Below, piece after piece: positions 1 to 10,600 of a DNA stretch of 64,000 nt (positions within the stretch are counted from its first letter, which is position 1; the number at the start of each line of letters is the position of its first letter). Location of the stretch: NCBI GenBank assembly GCA_026986155.1, contig JALSPC010000193.1, positions 2,537-66,536 of the forward strand, read 5' to 3'. The notes under the pieces were generated by a model that was not told where the DNA came from, did no database searches, and saw nothing but the letters and a program-made list of their open reading frames with translations. The DNA is from a bacterium (GTDB lineage Bacteria; Desulfobacterota; S145-22). The position numbers and the translations under genes are program-made.

Positions 1-39
1 GTCCCTATCACCCCATACCCTGAATGAGGAGGATATTCC

Positions 40-1311
40 ATGGACGCGCTGAAACCCCTCGACGCGACGGAGCGATCCTGGCGGGGAATCGATTTCTTCA
101 TCCTGTGGGCCGGCGCCGGCATCTCCTTGGCGGAGATCTGGGCGGGCGGCATGCTCCGGCCCATGGGATTCATCCTCGGCCTGGCGGCCATCCTTGCCGG
201 GCACATCCTGGGAAACACCGCCCTGGCCCTTGGCGGCGTCATGGGTTCCGACCACGGAATCCCCACCATGGTGGCGCTACGGTCCGCCTTCGGCATCCGG
301 GGGTCCTACCTCGCCTCCCTCCTCAACATCATCCAGCTCGTCGGCTGGACGGCCGTGATGATCTGGATCGGCGGAAACGCCGCCGACGCCCTCCTCAAGC
401 CGACCCTGGGTCCCCATCCAAGGGCCTGGATGGTGGGAATCGGGCTCGTCACCCTGGGGTGGTCCTTTGTCGGCGAGACGTTTTGGAAATGGCTCCAGCG
501 CGTCTCGGTCGCCGGCCTGCTTGTCCTCTCCGCCGCTATGACCATTGTCGTCTTCAAGACCTACGGTTGGCACCGGCTCCTCGCCTCCGGTGGAAACTCC
601 GGGCTGCCCCTCTCCCTCGGTATCGATCTGGTGGTGGCCATGCCCATCTCCTGGCTCCCCCTGGTGGCCGATTATTCCCGCTTCAGCCGGGAAAACGGGT
701 CCGCCTTCCGGGGAACCTGGTGGGGATACTTTTTCATGAGCAGCTGGATGTATCTGGTGGGGCTCGCCGCCGCCATCGCGACAAAAAGCGACACGCCGGA
801 CGCCATGGTCATTCAGCTCATGGCGAGCACCGGCTGGATGCTCCCCGCCCTCCTCATCGTCCTCTTTTCCACCTTTACCACCACCTTCCTCGACATCTAC
901 TCTACGGCGGTTTCCGCGCAAAACCTCTTTCCCTCCCTGAAGGAAAAACGCGGCATCGTCATCGGCGGCATCCTGGGAATCCTCATCGCCCTCGTTTTCG
1001 ACGCCACCCAGTACGAGAACTTCCTCCTCCTCATCGGATCGTTCTTCTGTCCCATGTTCGGCGTCGCCCTGACAGACTACTTCTTTCTCCGGAAACGCCG
1101 GATCGCGACGGACGCCCTGGATGAACAGCATGGAATCTACTGGTATACCGGCGGGGTTCACTGGAAAGCCGTCGCCGCCTGGCTGGCGGGCATCGTTCTT
1201 TACCAGGCCAGTTTCCGCCTGGGCTGGAGCATGGGGGCCACCCTGCCGTCCATGATCGTTTCGGCCGGAATCTATTTGCTTCTCAAGCCAGCGCCCCACC
1301 GTGCCCCGTAA
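40..1311 (+). CDS. NCS1-family nucleobase:cation symporter (cytosine/purine/thiamine-precursor permease)
   Basis: 423 aa, multi-TM, N-terminal FFILWAG/GNTALALGG motifs typical of CodB/CytX-type permeases; recognised from memory of the family. Confidence 0.7.
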   Translation: MDALKPLDATERSWRGIDFFILWAGAGISLAEIWAGGMLRPMGFILGLAAILAGHILGNTALALGGVMGSDHGIPTMVALRSAFGIRGSYLASLLNIIQLVGWTAVMIWIGGNAADALLKPTLGPHPRAWMVGIGLVTLGWSFVGETFWKWLQRVSVAGLLVLSAAMTIVVFKTYGWHRLLASGGNSGLPLSLGIDLVVAMPISWLPLVADYSRFSRENGSAFRGTWWGYFFMSSWMYLVGLAAAIATKSDTPDAMVIQLMASTGWMLPALLIVLFSTFTTTFLDIYSTAVSAQNLFPSLKEKRGIVIGGILGILIALVFDATQYENFLLLIGSFFCPMFGVALTDYFFLRKRRIATDALDEQHGIYWYTGGVHWKAVAAWLAGIVLYQASFRLGWSMGATLPSMIVSAGIYLLLKPAPHRAP

Positions 1312-1324
1312 AACAAAAGGCGGG

Positions 1325-1352
1325 AACCCCTGAAGGTCCCCGCCTCACTTAC
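1325..1352. terminator. bidirectional rho-independent terminator hairpin between convergent permease and csp genes
   Basis: GGCGGGAACCCCTGAAGGTCCCCGCC inverted repeat seen in sequence. Confidence 0.45.
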
Positions 1353-1367
1353 GCGTTTTCCGCGATG

Positions 1368-1580
1368 TTACATCGCCCGCTGGACGTTCTTCGCCACGGG
1401 GCCGCGGTCGCTCTCCTCGATGTCGAAGGTGACTTCTTCACCCTCGGACAACGTCTTGAAACCGGGCATGTTAATCGAGGAAAAATGAACGAACAGATCC
1501 TGTCCGTTTTCCTGCTCGATAAAGCCGTAGCCTTTTTTCTCGCTAAACCACTTAACCTTTCCAGTTGCCAACACTCTCAA
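1368..1580 (-). CDS. cspA: cold-shock protein, CspA family
   Basis: 70 aa; [16 protein letters not shown]...FVHFS motif (RNP1/RNP2 of the cold-shock domain). Confidence 0.9.
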   Translation of the reverse strand: MRVLATGKVKWFSEKKGYGFIEQENGQDLFVHFSSINMPGFKTLSEGEEVTFDIEESDRGPVAKNVQRAM

Positions 1581-1751
1581 CCTCCTTTCCTCGTTTATTC
1601 ATGGTCCCTGCCAAAGGTCGAAACGCTGGCAAAAGGAAAATACTTCCAAAGCCTGAGTAGCGAAACCGACCCGCTTTAGTAGCCGGGCCATACATTCTGC
1701 ATGCTTGTATCACACGTTTATGACCAAAGTCAAGAAAAATAAATCTTTCCC

Positions 1752-2753
1752 TCATTTTCCCTTCAAAGGAAATTTTTTTATCTTCGCCGTCTTCCTGAGG
1801 CTCGCTATCAATACCTGGACATTATCTCGAACCTTTTTCTGCTTGAGGTAGGCCTCTATCCTGTCTTTCGCCTCTTTGAATGGCACCTTTGAAGCGGGTT
1901 TCTTATCTGTCACCTTGATAATGTGAAAACCGAAACGGGTCCTCACGATGCCGCTTGTCTGGCCGGGCTTCATGGCAAAGGCCGCCTCCTCAAAGGGTTT
2001 GACCATCTGCCCCTTTTTGAAAAATCCCAGGTCCCCGCCCTTTTTGGAGCTGGGCCCCTCGGAAACCTCCTTGGCCACCTTGGCGAAATCCTCTCCCTTC
2101 TTCAGCCTTGCCTGTGCCGCCTCAATCTTCTTTTTGGCCGCGGCCACCTTCTTCTTGTCCGCGTCGGAGGCCACCTTCACGAGGATGTGGCTTGCCCGGA
2201 CCTCGGCGGGTTTTTTGAAGTATTCCGGATGCTTGTCATAGAATGCCTTTGCCTCCTTATCCGTTATCTTCACCTTCGAGGCGACCTTTTTGTCTATTAG
2301 CTCCTTAATGGCCAGCTGGCGCCGGATCTGCGCCTCCAGTTCCTTCTCCGTCAGATTCACCGTCTTCAGCGCCTTCGCGAAGGATTTCTTGTCGGGAAAC
2401 TTTTTCCGCAGGCCTTCGATCTCCTTGTCAATCTTGGCCTTCGGAATCTTGATCCCTTCCTTCTTGCTCTCCTGGTAGAGCAGTTCCCGGTCGATCAGGG
2501 TATCCAAGACCTTGCCCTGGACGTTCTCAAGGCTCTTTCCCTCGAGTTTCTGTCCCATCTGAGCGAAGCGCCGCCGTGTCTGGTCCACCGAGCGGTCCAG
2601 GTCCTTCCGGGTTATGACAACGCCGTTGACCACCGCCACCTTGCTCGTAGCCGCTTTCGCCGCCTGCGCGATACCTCCAAAAACCAACATCATCCCCATC
2701 AAGAGGGCCATGGACATCACACCAATACCTATTAGCTTCTTTTCACCTGACAT
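1752..2753 (-). CDS. peptidyl-prolyl cis-trans isomerase, parvulin/PpiC type (SurA/PrsA-like)
   Basis: signal/TM segment, Lys-rich chaperone region, C-terminal parvulin signature SHILVK...GFHIIKV. Confidence 0.75.
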   Translation of the reverse strand: MSGEKKLIGIGVMSMALLMGMMLVFGGIAQAAKAATSKVAVVNGVVITRKDLDRSVDQTRRRFAQMGQKLEGKSLENVQGKVLDTLIDRELLYQESKKEGIKIPKAKIDKEIEGLRKKFPDKKSFAKALKTVNLTEKELEAQIRRQLAIKELIDKKVASKVKITDKEAKAFYDKHPEYFKKPAEVRASHILVKVASDADKKKVAAAKKKIEAAQARLKKGEDFAKVAKEVSEGPSSKKGGDLGFFKKGQMVKPFEEAAFAMKPGQTSGIVRTRFGFHIIKVTDKKPASKVPFKEAKDRIEAYLKQKKVRDNVQVLIASLRKTAKIKKFPLKGK

Positions 2754-3226
2754 TCTCTATCCTCCTAAAAAATTAAGCCCCGGAGGGGGCCTTTTAAAAG
2801 ACACCTCATGTGCATCCTCGTCTTTCTCTGGAAGTCTAATATCAGTTTTCAATATAAAACACAATCCATCGAATCTTGATCGAGGTTCCAAGCCGGTAAG
2901 CGAATTTAATTCATTCACACAAAAGATCTCTATCCTCGGTCACGAAACGAAGTGTTTCCATCCTTATCCCTCGACGTTTCACGCCACACGCAGAGTTTCC
3001 CCTTGGCATGCCTATCCCGACCCTTGCAATGCCCCGAAGGTTTTGTGATAATGACAGCAGGATAAATTCAGGAGTGATACCATGATTGAAAAATCTTGGA
3101 GGAATGGTTAACAGAGTGATAAAACCTCGGGTTTTGAGGGGGGAAGGGGTGTGAGCCCCCTCCGTTGTATTGATGGCGGGGCGGGAAAAACGCTGGAACA
3201 TTTTAAACAAAAAGGAGAGGACAGAG

Positions 3227-3724
3227 ATGGTGGAAGTCGGTGACAAGGCCCCTGATTTCACGCTGCCCGATCAGGACGGCAACAAGGTTTCCCTGAAGGA
3301 TTTTTCGGGGAAGTGGGTGGTTCTCTATTTTTATCCGAAGGACAATACCTCCGGCTGCACCAAGGAGGCTATCGATTTCACGGCCCTAAAAGAGGATTTC
3401 GCGGCGGAGAATGCGGTGATCCTGGGTGTCAGCCCGGACAGCCCCGAGCGGCACCTGGGGTTCATCGAGAAGCACGGACTCGGTATCACCCTTCTCAGCG
3501 ACGTGGAAAAGAACGTAATGAAAATCTACGGTTCCTGGGGACTCAAAAAGAACTATGGAAAGGAAACGGAAGGCGTCATCCGTTCCACCTTCCTGATCTC
3601 CCCTGAGGGGGAAATCAAGGAGGCCTGGCGAAAGGTAAGGGTCCGGGTCAAGCGCAAAAGCGGAGAAGTCAAACATGCTGGGATAGTCCTGGAACGCTTG
3701 AAGGCCTTGAAACAGGGCGGGTAG
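3227..3724 (+). CDS. bcp: thiol peroxidase Bcp (peroxiredoxin)
   Basis: VGDKAPDFTLPDQDG...FYPKDNTSGCT redoxin active site; start refined to ATG 3227 with AAAGGAGAGG RBS. Confidence 0.85.
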   Translation: MVEVGDKAPDFTLPDQDGNKVSLKDFSGKWVVLYFYPKDNTSGCTKEAIDFTALKEDFAAENAVILGVSPDSPERHLGFIEKHGLGITLLSDVEKNVMKIYGSWGLKKNYGKETEGVIRSTFLISPEGEIKEAWRKVRVRVKRKSGEVKHAGIVLERLKALKQGG

Positions 3725-3756
3725 CCACCCGCTAACAGACAAAAAGGGGAACAAAT

Positions 3757-4152
3757 TTGGAGGAAGACAAAAAAAACATCAGGCTGCTTGCCATCTTTCA
3801 TTACGTGATGGGAGGGTTGACGGCGCTTTTCGCCTGTATCCCGTTCATTCACCTTTTCATCGGCATCGCCGTGCTTACCACCGGGCTGGAGAAGAACCCA
3901 TCGGGCGGTCCATCTCCCGCGCTGGTAGGGTGGGTTTTCATCATCATCGCCGCCGTCGTGATCCTTGCGGGATGGACTCTGGCGATCCTGATGATCATCG
4001 CGGGACGGAGACTCTCCAGGTTCAGGAGCCGGACCTTCTGCCTTGTCGTCGGCGCCATCGAATGCGCCCTCATCCCCCTCGGGACTATCCTGGGAGTTTT
4101 TACCCTTATTCTCCTGACGAAGGACTCGGTCAAGGAACTCTTTTCCTCTTGA
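3757..4152 (+). CDS. small integral membrane protein, function unknown
   Basis: 131 aa, four predicted TM helices, no recognisable motif. Confidence 0.5.
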   Translation: MEEDKKNIRLLAIFHYVMGGLTALFACIPFIHLFIGIAVLTTGLEKNPSGGPSPALVGWVFIIIAAVVILAGWTLAILMIIAGRRLSRFRSRTFCLVVGAIECALIPLGTILGVFTLILLTKDSVKELFSS

Positions 4153-4171
4153 CACCCTCAGCGTTCGTCTT

Positions 4172-4638
4172 ATGGTTCAGACAGCAGGCCTTGCCCTCGA
4201 TTTTTGGACGGCGGACACCCCCACGTGGAAAAACCAGATCACAGGCGGGAAAACAACTATCCGAAACCGACCGCCTTACTATATGGGGGCGACGCTTGGA
4301 GGACTCTACAGAATGCGCGTCTATTCCCGATACCGCTACAGTGACAAGGCGGCTATTTATTACTCCGCCGAACTTCGTCTCCTCGGTGCCACCCTCTCGG
4401 GGAGGTCCCTTGGATAAAGAAATGGCTCAAGTGGGACTACTGGCAGGTGGTTCGTTTTGTGGAGGTGGGACGAGTGTCTGGTACTTGGTCTTTCGGCAAG
4501 CTTCACGGGGATATGAAAGTTGGCGGGGTTCTTGGCCTACGCGCGTATAGGCAGAAATTTATGATTCGTTTAGACATCGCATTTTCAGATGAAGGGGGAG
4601 GCACCACTTTTCGGATCGGCCATCCATTCCAGTTCTAA
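4172..4638 (+). pseudogene. frameshifted remnant of an outer-membrane beta-barrel protein
   Basis: two adjacent ORFs in different frames (4172-4417, 4447-4638); alternating aromatic beta-strand pattern and a C-terminal ...FRIGHPFQF with terminal Phe typical of OMPs; no signal peptide; lower GC. Confidence 0.35.
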
Positions 4639-4817
4639 AGGTAAGGTGCGGATCACATAGAATTTGTAACGATACGATTCAAGGGAAAACCATAAGAGCA
4701 AAACTGTTAAAGGATTGTTAATGGCGATACTTAGGGCGTTTGCGTCAGTTGACTTTTAAAATTGTTTCGTATAGATGTTACAAATAATTTCTATTAGGGA
4801 AAGGTGGATCAGAATCT

Positions 4818-6335
4818 TTGAGAGATAGATTTGATAAAAAGCCCTTAAGCGTTTTTGTATCGTATATCGTTCTTGTTATCCTCTCATCAGGCCTTGTCGG
4901 CTGTTTTATGGTGGGACCCAACTACAAGAAACCGAAAACAACCACTCCGGCCACATGGCGGCAGGATGTCCTCGCCTCCGATCCCGCCCTCTCCCCGCAA
5001 CCCGTTAAGATAAAGAAATGGTGGGAGATCTTCAACGATCCTATTCTCAACCGGCTCATCGAGGAAGCGGACAAGAACAACTATGATATCCGTATCGCCG
5101 TGGCCCGCGTGGAAGAGGCGTGGGCCCAGATCGGGGTTGTGTCTGGCCAGCGGATGCCGCAGGTCGATGTAAAAGGCTCTTTCAACAGGCAACGATCGAG
5201 TGAGAACGATTTCTACCCCGGCGGTGATCTCTACAACCAATACCTATCTCAAATAGGGGCGAGCTGGGAGATCGACCTGTTCGGACGGATCAAGCGCCAA
5301 GTCGCCTCGGCCAAGGCGACCTTCGAGGCGACCCGGGAGCTGAAAACCGACGTGATGATCTCGGTCTACGCCCAGGTGGCGCGGGCTTACGTCACCCTGC
5401 GAACGGCCCAGTACCGCCTGGCCACCTCCCTGCACAACATCAAATCCCAGAGGGAAATCGTCGACCTGACCAAGACCCGTTTCAAATACGGGCTCGCATC
5501 CGACCTGGATGTTGCCCAGTCGGAACAGGTTCTTGCCGTTTCTGAATCCACGCTTCCTCTCCTCAGGACACAGATCAACACCTCCATCCACACCCTCTCC
5601 GTCCTCCTCGGGAAATCGCCGGGGGAACTGAAGGATCTGCTCATATCCCCGAAACCCATCCCGTTCCTGCCCGAGAAGATTTACGTCGGAATCCCCATGG
5701 ACCTCATCCGTCGGAGACCCGACGTCAGGGCCGCGGAAAGACTTCTCGCTGCGCAGACGGAAAGAATCGGAATCGCGACCTCTGAGCTTTATCCCAGGTT
5801 GTCCATTTCCGGCGTCTTTGGATTTCTCTCCACGGATGCCACGGATGCCTTTCACTGGGGCAGCCGCACCTTTTCCATCGGCGGCGCCCTGAACTGGAAC
5901 ATCTTCAACGGGGGGAGCGTCCGGAGTCTCATCGACGTGGAAGACGCGCGGACGAAGCAGGCCCTGCTGAAATACGAAAAGACGATTCTCAACGCCCTGA
6001 AAGAGGTTGAAGACGCCCTGGTCCAGTTCGCGGACGGGAAAAGACGTCTTGTCGCCCTCCAGCACTCCGTCGAGGTCGCCAAGAGGACCCTCGACCTTTC
6101 TCTGACCCTCTACAAGGAAGGGTTGAAGGACTTCCAGAGCACACTGGACGCGGAGCGGGTGCTCTTTGACGCGGAGAACGGCTACGCTGAGGCGGAGGGT
6201 ATCACGACGATCAGCCTGGTGAATCTCTACAGGGCCCTGGGTGGGGGATGGGATCCCGACGCCGTCGGCGCCTCCCGGTCCGGCGCGCAACAGCCCGCAA
6301 TCCAAACATCACAACAAAAGGTTCGAAAGAAATGA
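4818..6335 (+). CDS. RND efflux outer-membrane factor lipoprotein, NodT/OprM family
   Basis: lipobox LVGC, WW..F.DP..L motif, two-repeat OEP architecture, about 500 aa. Confidence 0.85.
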   Translation: MRDRFDKKPLSVFVSYIVLVILSSGLVGCFMVGPNYKKPKTTTPATWRQDVLASDPALSPQPVKIKKWWEIFNDPILNRLIEEADKNNYDIRIAVARVEEAWAQIGVVSGQRMPQVDVKGSFNRQRSSENDFYPGGDLYNQYLSQIGASWEIDLFGRIKRQVASAKATFEATRELKTDVMISVYAQVARAYVTLRTAQYRLATSLHNIKSQREIVDLTKTRFKYGLASDLDVAQSEQVLAVSESTLPLLRTQINTSIHTLSVLLGKSPGELKDLLISPKPIPFLPEKIYVGIPMDLIRRRPDVRAAERLLAAQTERIGIATSELYPRLSISGVFGFLSTDATDAFHWGSRTFSIGGALNWNIFNGGSVRSLIDVEDARTKQALLKYEKTILNALKEVEDALVQFADGKRRLVALQHSVEVAKRTLDLSLTLYKEGLKDFQSTLDAERVLFDAENGYAEAEGITTISLVNLYRALGGGWDPDAVGASRSGAQQPAIQTSQQKVRKK

Positions 6336-7660
6336 CGCATTCCACCTCAAAAGTTTCATGGTACCGCCCCGGGAAACCCGGTCTTTTCATCCTGGCGACG
6401 CTCATTATGCTTCTGCCTACGGCCTGCAAGAAAAAGGAAAACAAGTACGCCCCGCCCCCGCCCCCCAAGGTGACGGTGGCCACACCGAAGGTCCAGGACG
6501 TAACCATCTACCTGTATATGACAGGACAGACGGCCGCCATCAAGAAGGTGGACATCGTGGCGAGGGTCCGCGGTTTCCTTGAAAAAATCTATTTCAAGGA
6601 CGGGGATATCGTCAAAAAGGGCCAACTCCTCTTCTCTATCGACCCGAGGGAATATGTCGCGGCACTGCACATGGCGCAGGCGGAACTGCTGAACGCTAAA
6701 TCGTCGTTAAACTTCGCGAAGAACGACCTGGATCGCCGGGAAAAGGCCTATGCGAAAAAGGCGGTCAGCGAACTGGACTATTTGAAATCCAAGGCGGAAT
6801 ATGACAAGGCGAAGGCGGCGGTCGCGGCCGCGAAGGCCAAGCTGGAAGAGGCGGAGCTGAATCTCTCCTATACCAAGATTATGTCTCCCATCACGGGAAA
6901 GACCTCCCGCCACCTCGTGGACGTGGGAAACCTGGTGGGCGCCAGCGGGCCCACGACATTGATCAATATCGTCAGTCTGGACCCCATCTACGCCTATTTC
7001 AACATCAACGAACGGGATGTGGCCCGGTATTTGAAGAAACACGCCCAGAAATTGGAAGACGTCAAGGATAAGAAAAAGCTTCAAACAAGAATTCGCCCCA
7101 AGGAAACAGTGAAAGTCGAGCTCGCCCTTGCCACGGAAGAGGGATATCCCCATAAGGGCTTGCTGGATTACGTGGACAACCGGGTGGACCCCAACACGGG
7201 CACCCTGCAGGCCAGGGCCGTCTTCCCCAATAGTTCCCTGCAGCTTGTGCCGGGATTCTTCGCCAAGATAAGAATTCCCGACCGGGTGGAGAAAGACGCG
7301 CTCCTCGTGCCCGAACGGGCCATCGGTCTCGACCAGGTGGGTCACTATCTCTACGTCGTGGGTCCGGATAATAAGGTTGAGCGCAGGGACATCAAGGAAG
7401 GGGTACTCGTTGGATCCTTTCGGGTCGTCGAAAAGGGTCTGAAAAGGGATGATTGGGTTATCGTTGAAGGAATTCTTCGGGTGCGCCCCGGCGTAAAGGT
7501 TCAACCTGTAAGGGCTGGGGGGAAGGCGGCTGCCGGGGAGGAAGAGACCCAGGCGGGTGAAAAAGGCAACAAAGCAACGCCACCGGCGGCTTCCAAGATT
7601 AAGGAAGAGGATAGCAAGAAAAAGAAGCCGGATAAACTCAGCTCTCCCTCCAAAGGTTAA
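6332..7660 (+). CDS. RND efflux periplasmic adaptor (membrane fusion protein, AcrA/MexA family)
   Basis: lipobox LPTAC, biotinyl-lipoyl/beta-barrel MFP motifs, coiled-coil segment; start moved to ATG 6332 overlapping upstream stop. Confidence 0.8.
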   Translation: MTHSTSKVSWYRPGKPGLFILATLIMLLPTACKKKENKYAPPPPPKVTVATPKVQDVTIYLYMTGQTAAIKKVDIVARVRGFLEKIYFKDGDIVKKGQLLFSIDPREYVAALHMAQAELLNAKSSLNFAKNDLDRREKAYAKKAVSELDYLKSKAEYDKAKAAVAAAKAKLEEAELNLSYTKIMSPITGKTSRHLVDVGNLVGASGPTTLINIVSLDPIYAYFNINERDVARYLKKHAQKLEDVKDKKKLQTRIRPKETVKVELALATEEGYPHKGLLDYVDNRVDPNTGTLQARAVFPNSSLQLVPGFFAKIRIPDRVEKDALLVPERAIGLDQVGHYLYVVGPDNKVERRDIKEGVLVGSFRVVEKGLKRDDWVIVEGILRVRPGVKVQPVRAGGKAAAGEEETQAGEKGNKATPPAASKIKEEDSKKKKPDKLSSPSKG

Positions 7661-7671
7661 GGAAGGCCCTT

Positions 7672-10600
7672 ATGAGTCGTTTTTTTATCGAGCGCCCTAT
7701 CTTCTCAGCGGTCATCGCCATCGTGATCCTCATCGCGGGCGTGGTTTCCATTAAGGGACTCCCCGTCGCGCAGTACCCGGAGATTACCCCGCCGACCGTC
7801 CAGGTTACCGCCGCCTACCCGGGCGCCAACGCCCAGGTAGTCTCGGAAACCGTGGCTCAGCCCATCGAGGAACAGGTTAATGGGGTCGAGAACATGATCT
7901 ACATGAGCTCCGTCTGCGCGGCCGACGGAAGCTACGTGCTGACGGTTTCTTTCGAGATTGGAACGGACCTTGATATGGCCACGGTCCTGGTCCAGAACCG
8001 CGTCAGCATCGCCCTCGCGAAACTTCCGGAGGAGGTTAAACGCCTCGGCGTGACCACGAAGAAACAGTCCACCAACATTGTCTTGCTCCTCTCCCTGGAC
8101 TCGAAGGACGACCGCTATGACAAGCTGTTCCTCTCCAACTTCGCCACCATGCGGCTCAAGGACGATCTGGCCAGACTCCCCGGCGTGGGGGACGTCCGGA
8201 TCTTCGGTGTGGGCGACTACTCAATGCGTATATGGCTGGATCCCTCCAAACTGGAGGCCCACGGAATCACAACCTCCGATGTCATCCACGCCATTCAGGA
8301 GCAGAACGTGCAGGTGGCGGCCGGTAAGATCGGCGAACCCCCCGCCCCGCCGGGACAGCAGTTCGAATACACGGTAAACGTGAAGGGACGCCTCGCCGAC
8401 GCGCAGGAGTTCGGCAACATCATTGTTAAGACGGCCCCGGGAGGCAGGTTCCTGCGTATCCGGGACGTGGGAAGGGTCGAACTGGGCGCTCAGACCTACA
8501 ACGTCTTCGGGCTCAGGAACAACAAGCCCAGCGCCATCCTCGCCATCTACCAGATCCCCGGCGCCAACGCCATCGACGTCCAGAAGAACGTCATCGCCAA
8601 GATGGACGAGCTGCAAAAGACCTTTCCGCCGGGCCTTAAGTACAGTGTTCCCCTGGACACGACGAAATTCATTTCCGCCTCTATCAAGGAAGTCATCACA
8701 ACCCTGATTATCGCCATCCTCTTGGTTGTCCTTACCCTTTTTATCTTTCTCCAGGATTGGCGATCCACGATTATTCCATCCGTGACGATCCCTGTCTCCC
8801 TGATTGGAACCTTCCTGATGATGAATCTCCTCGGGTTTTCCATCAATCTCATCTCTCTGTTTGGGCTGGTTCTCGCCATTGGCATCGTCGTGGACGACGC
8901 TATTATCGTGGTGGAAAACACCGACCGGCTCATGGTGGAGGAGGGAATGGAACCCCGGCCCGCCGCCATCAAGGCCATGGAGGAGATCGGAGGGGCCGTG
9001 GTCGCCACCACGTTGGTGCTGCTGGCCGTTTTCGTGCCCACCGCCTTTATGGGCGGCATCACCGGCCAGTTGTACCGCCAGTTCGCCTTGACCATTTCAG
9101 GCGCAACGATTATCAGTTCCATTAACGCCCTGACGTTGAGCCCCGCCCTCTGCGCCCTCCTCTTGAGGAAGGAAAAGGGGAAACCCAACATCTTCTTCAG
9201 GGGATTCAACTGGGCCTTTGATCACACAACCAACGGCTACATGGCCATTGTTCGGGGATTCTTGCGAAAATCGTTCATCTCCATGATCATCGCAGCCATA
9301 ATCGCGGTGGTTTCCGTCAAGTGGTTCGGAAACCTCCCCAGCAGCTTCCTTCCCCTGGAGGACCAAGGATACGCCTACATCTCCGCGCAGCTCCCCGACG
9401 CCGCTTCCCTGCAGCGAACGGAAAAGATCGCGCGGGAAATCACGAAACGCGTCGAGAAAATTCCCGGCGTCATGGATTGCGTGGCGGTTCCGGGATACTC
9501 CATGCTTGAGAATGCCATGCTTTCCAACTTTGCCTCCTTTTTCGTGTCTTTCAAACCGTTTGAAGAACGGTTGCCGAAGGGGCACAATCTCGATTTCATC
9601 ATGGCGAGTATCAATAAAAACCTTTCCGACATCCGGGGGGCACGGGTCATCGCCTTCGCGCCGCCGGCCATCCCGGGTCTGGGAACCTCCGCCGGGTTCA
9701 AGATGATGGTTCAGGACAAATCTGGAATGGGTCCCCTCGTCCTCCAGAAAGCCACGGAAGTCTTGGCGGAAAAGGCCAACACCCAATCCTTTTTGAAAGG
9801 AGTTTATGCCACCTTCCGGGCCACGATTCCCCAGGTCTTCGTGGATATCGACCGGAACGCCGCCAAGATGATGGGCATCCCCCTGACAGAGATCTTCGGG
9901 ACCCTCCAGGTCTACCTGGGGTCCGCCTACGTGAACGACTTCACCAAGTACGGTCGAAACTTCCAGGTCAAGGTCCAGGCGGTGGCCAACGCGAGAACCA
10001 AGATCGACGACATCAAGCGGCTGCGGGTCCGCAACAGCAAGGGAGAAATGATCCCCCTTGGTTCCTTCATCAATTCCAAGTTTATCCTGGGACCACAGGT
10101 CCTGACCCGATTCAACCTCTACCCGGCCGCGGCGGTCAACGGAGAGGCCGCCCCGGGTTTCAGCTCCGGCCAGGCTCTGCAGATCATGGAAGACCTGGCG
10201 GATAAGAACCTCCCAAACGGGATGGGGTACGCGTGGACGGAGATGTCTTATCAGGAGAAAAAGGCCTCCAAAGGGGCGGGGGTTGTTTTTCTCATGTCGA
10301 TCGTCTTTGTGTTCCTGGTCCTGGCGGCCCAGTATGAAAGCTGGACCATCCCGCTGGGGGTCATCATGGTGGTTCCCTTGGCGCTGCTGGGAGTGGTGGT
10401 GGCTCTGGTGATGCGGGATATGAGCGTCAGTACCTACACGCAGATCGGCGTCGTCCTGCTCGTGGCCCTGGCGGCCAAGAACGCCATCCTCATCGTGGAG
10501 TTCGCGAAGGACGAACACGAGAAGGGAAAACCCATCTTCGACGCCGCCGCGGAGGCCGCCAAACTGCGGTTCAGACCGATTCTGATGACATCCCTCTCCT

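Noticed and set aside
24-1124. 366-aa ORF overlapping the permease gene in another frame
   Set aside because: Arg/Pro/Gly-rich low-complexity translation typical of an off-frame read of high-GC coding DNA; the permease frame has clear TM periodicity and family motifs.
5244-6305. 353-aa antisense ORF within the NodT gene
   Set aside because: Same shadow-ORF signature; it lies entirely inside a confidently assigned gene.
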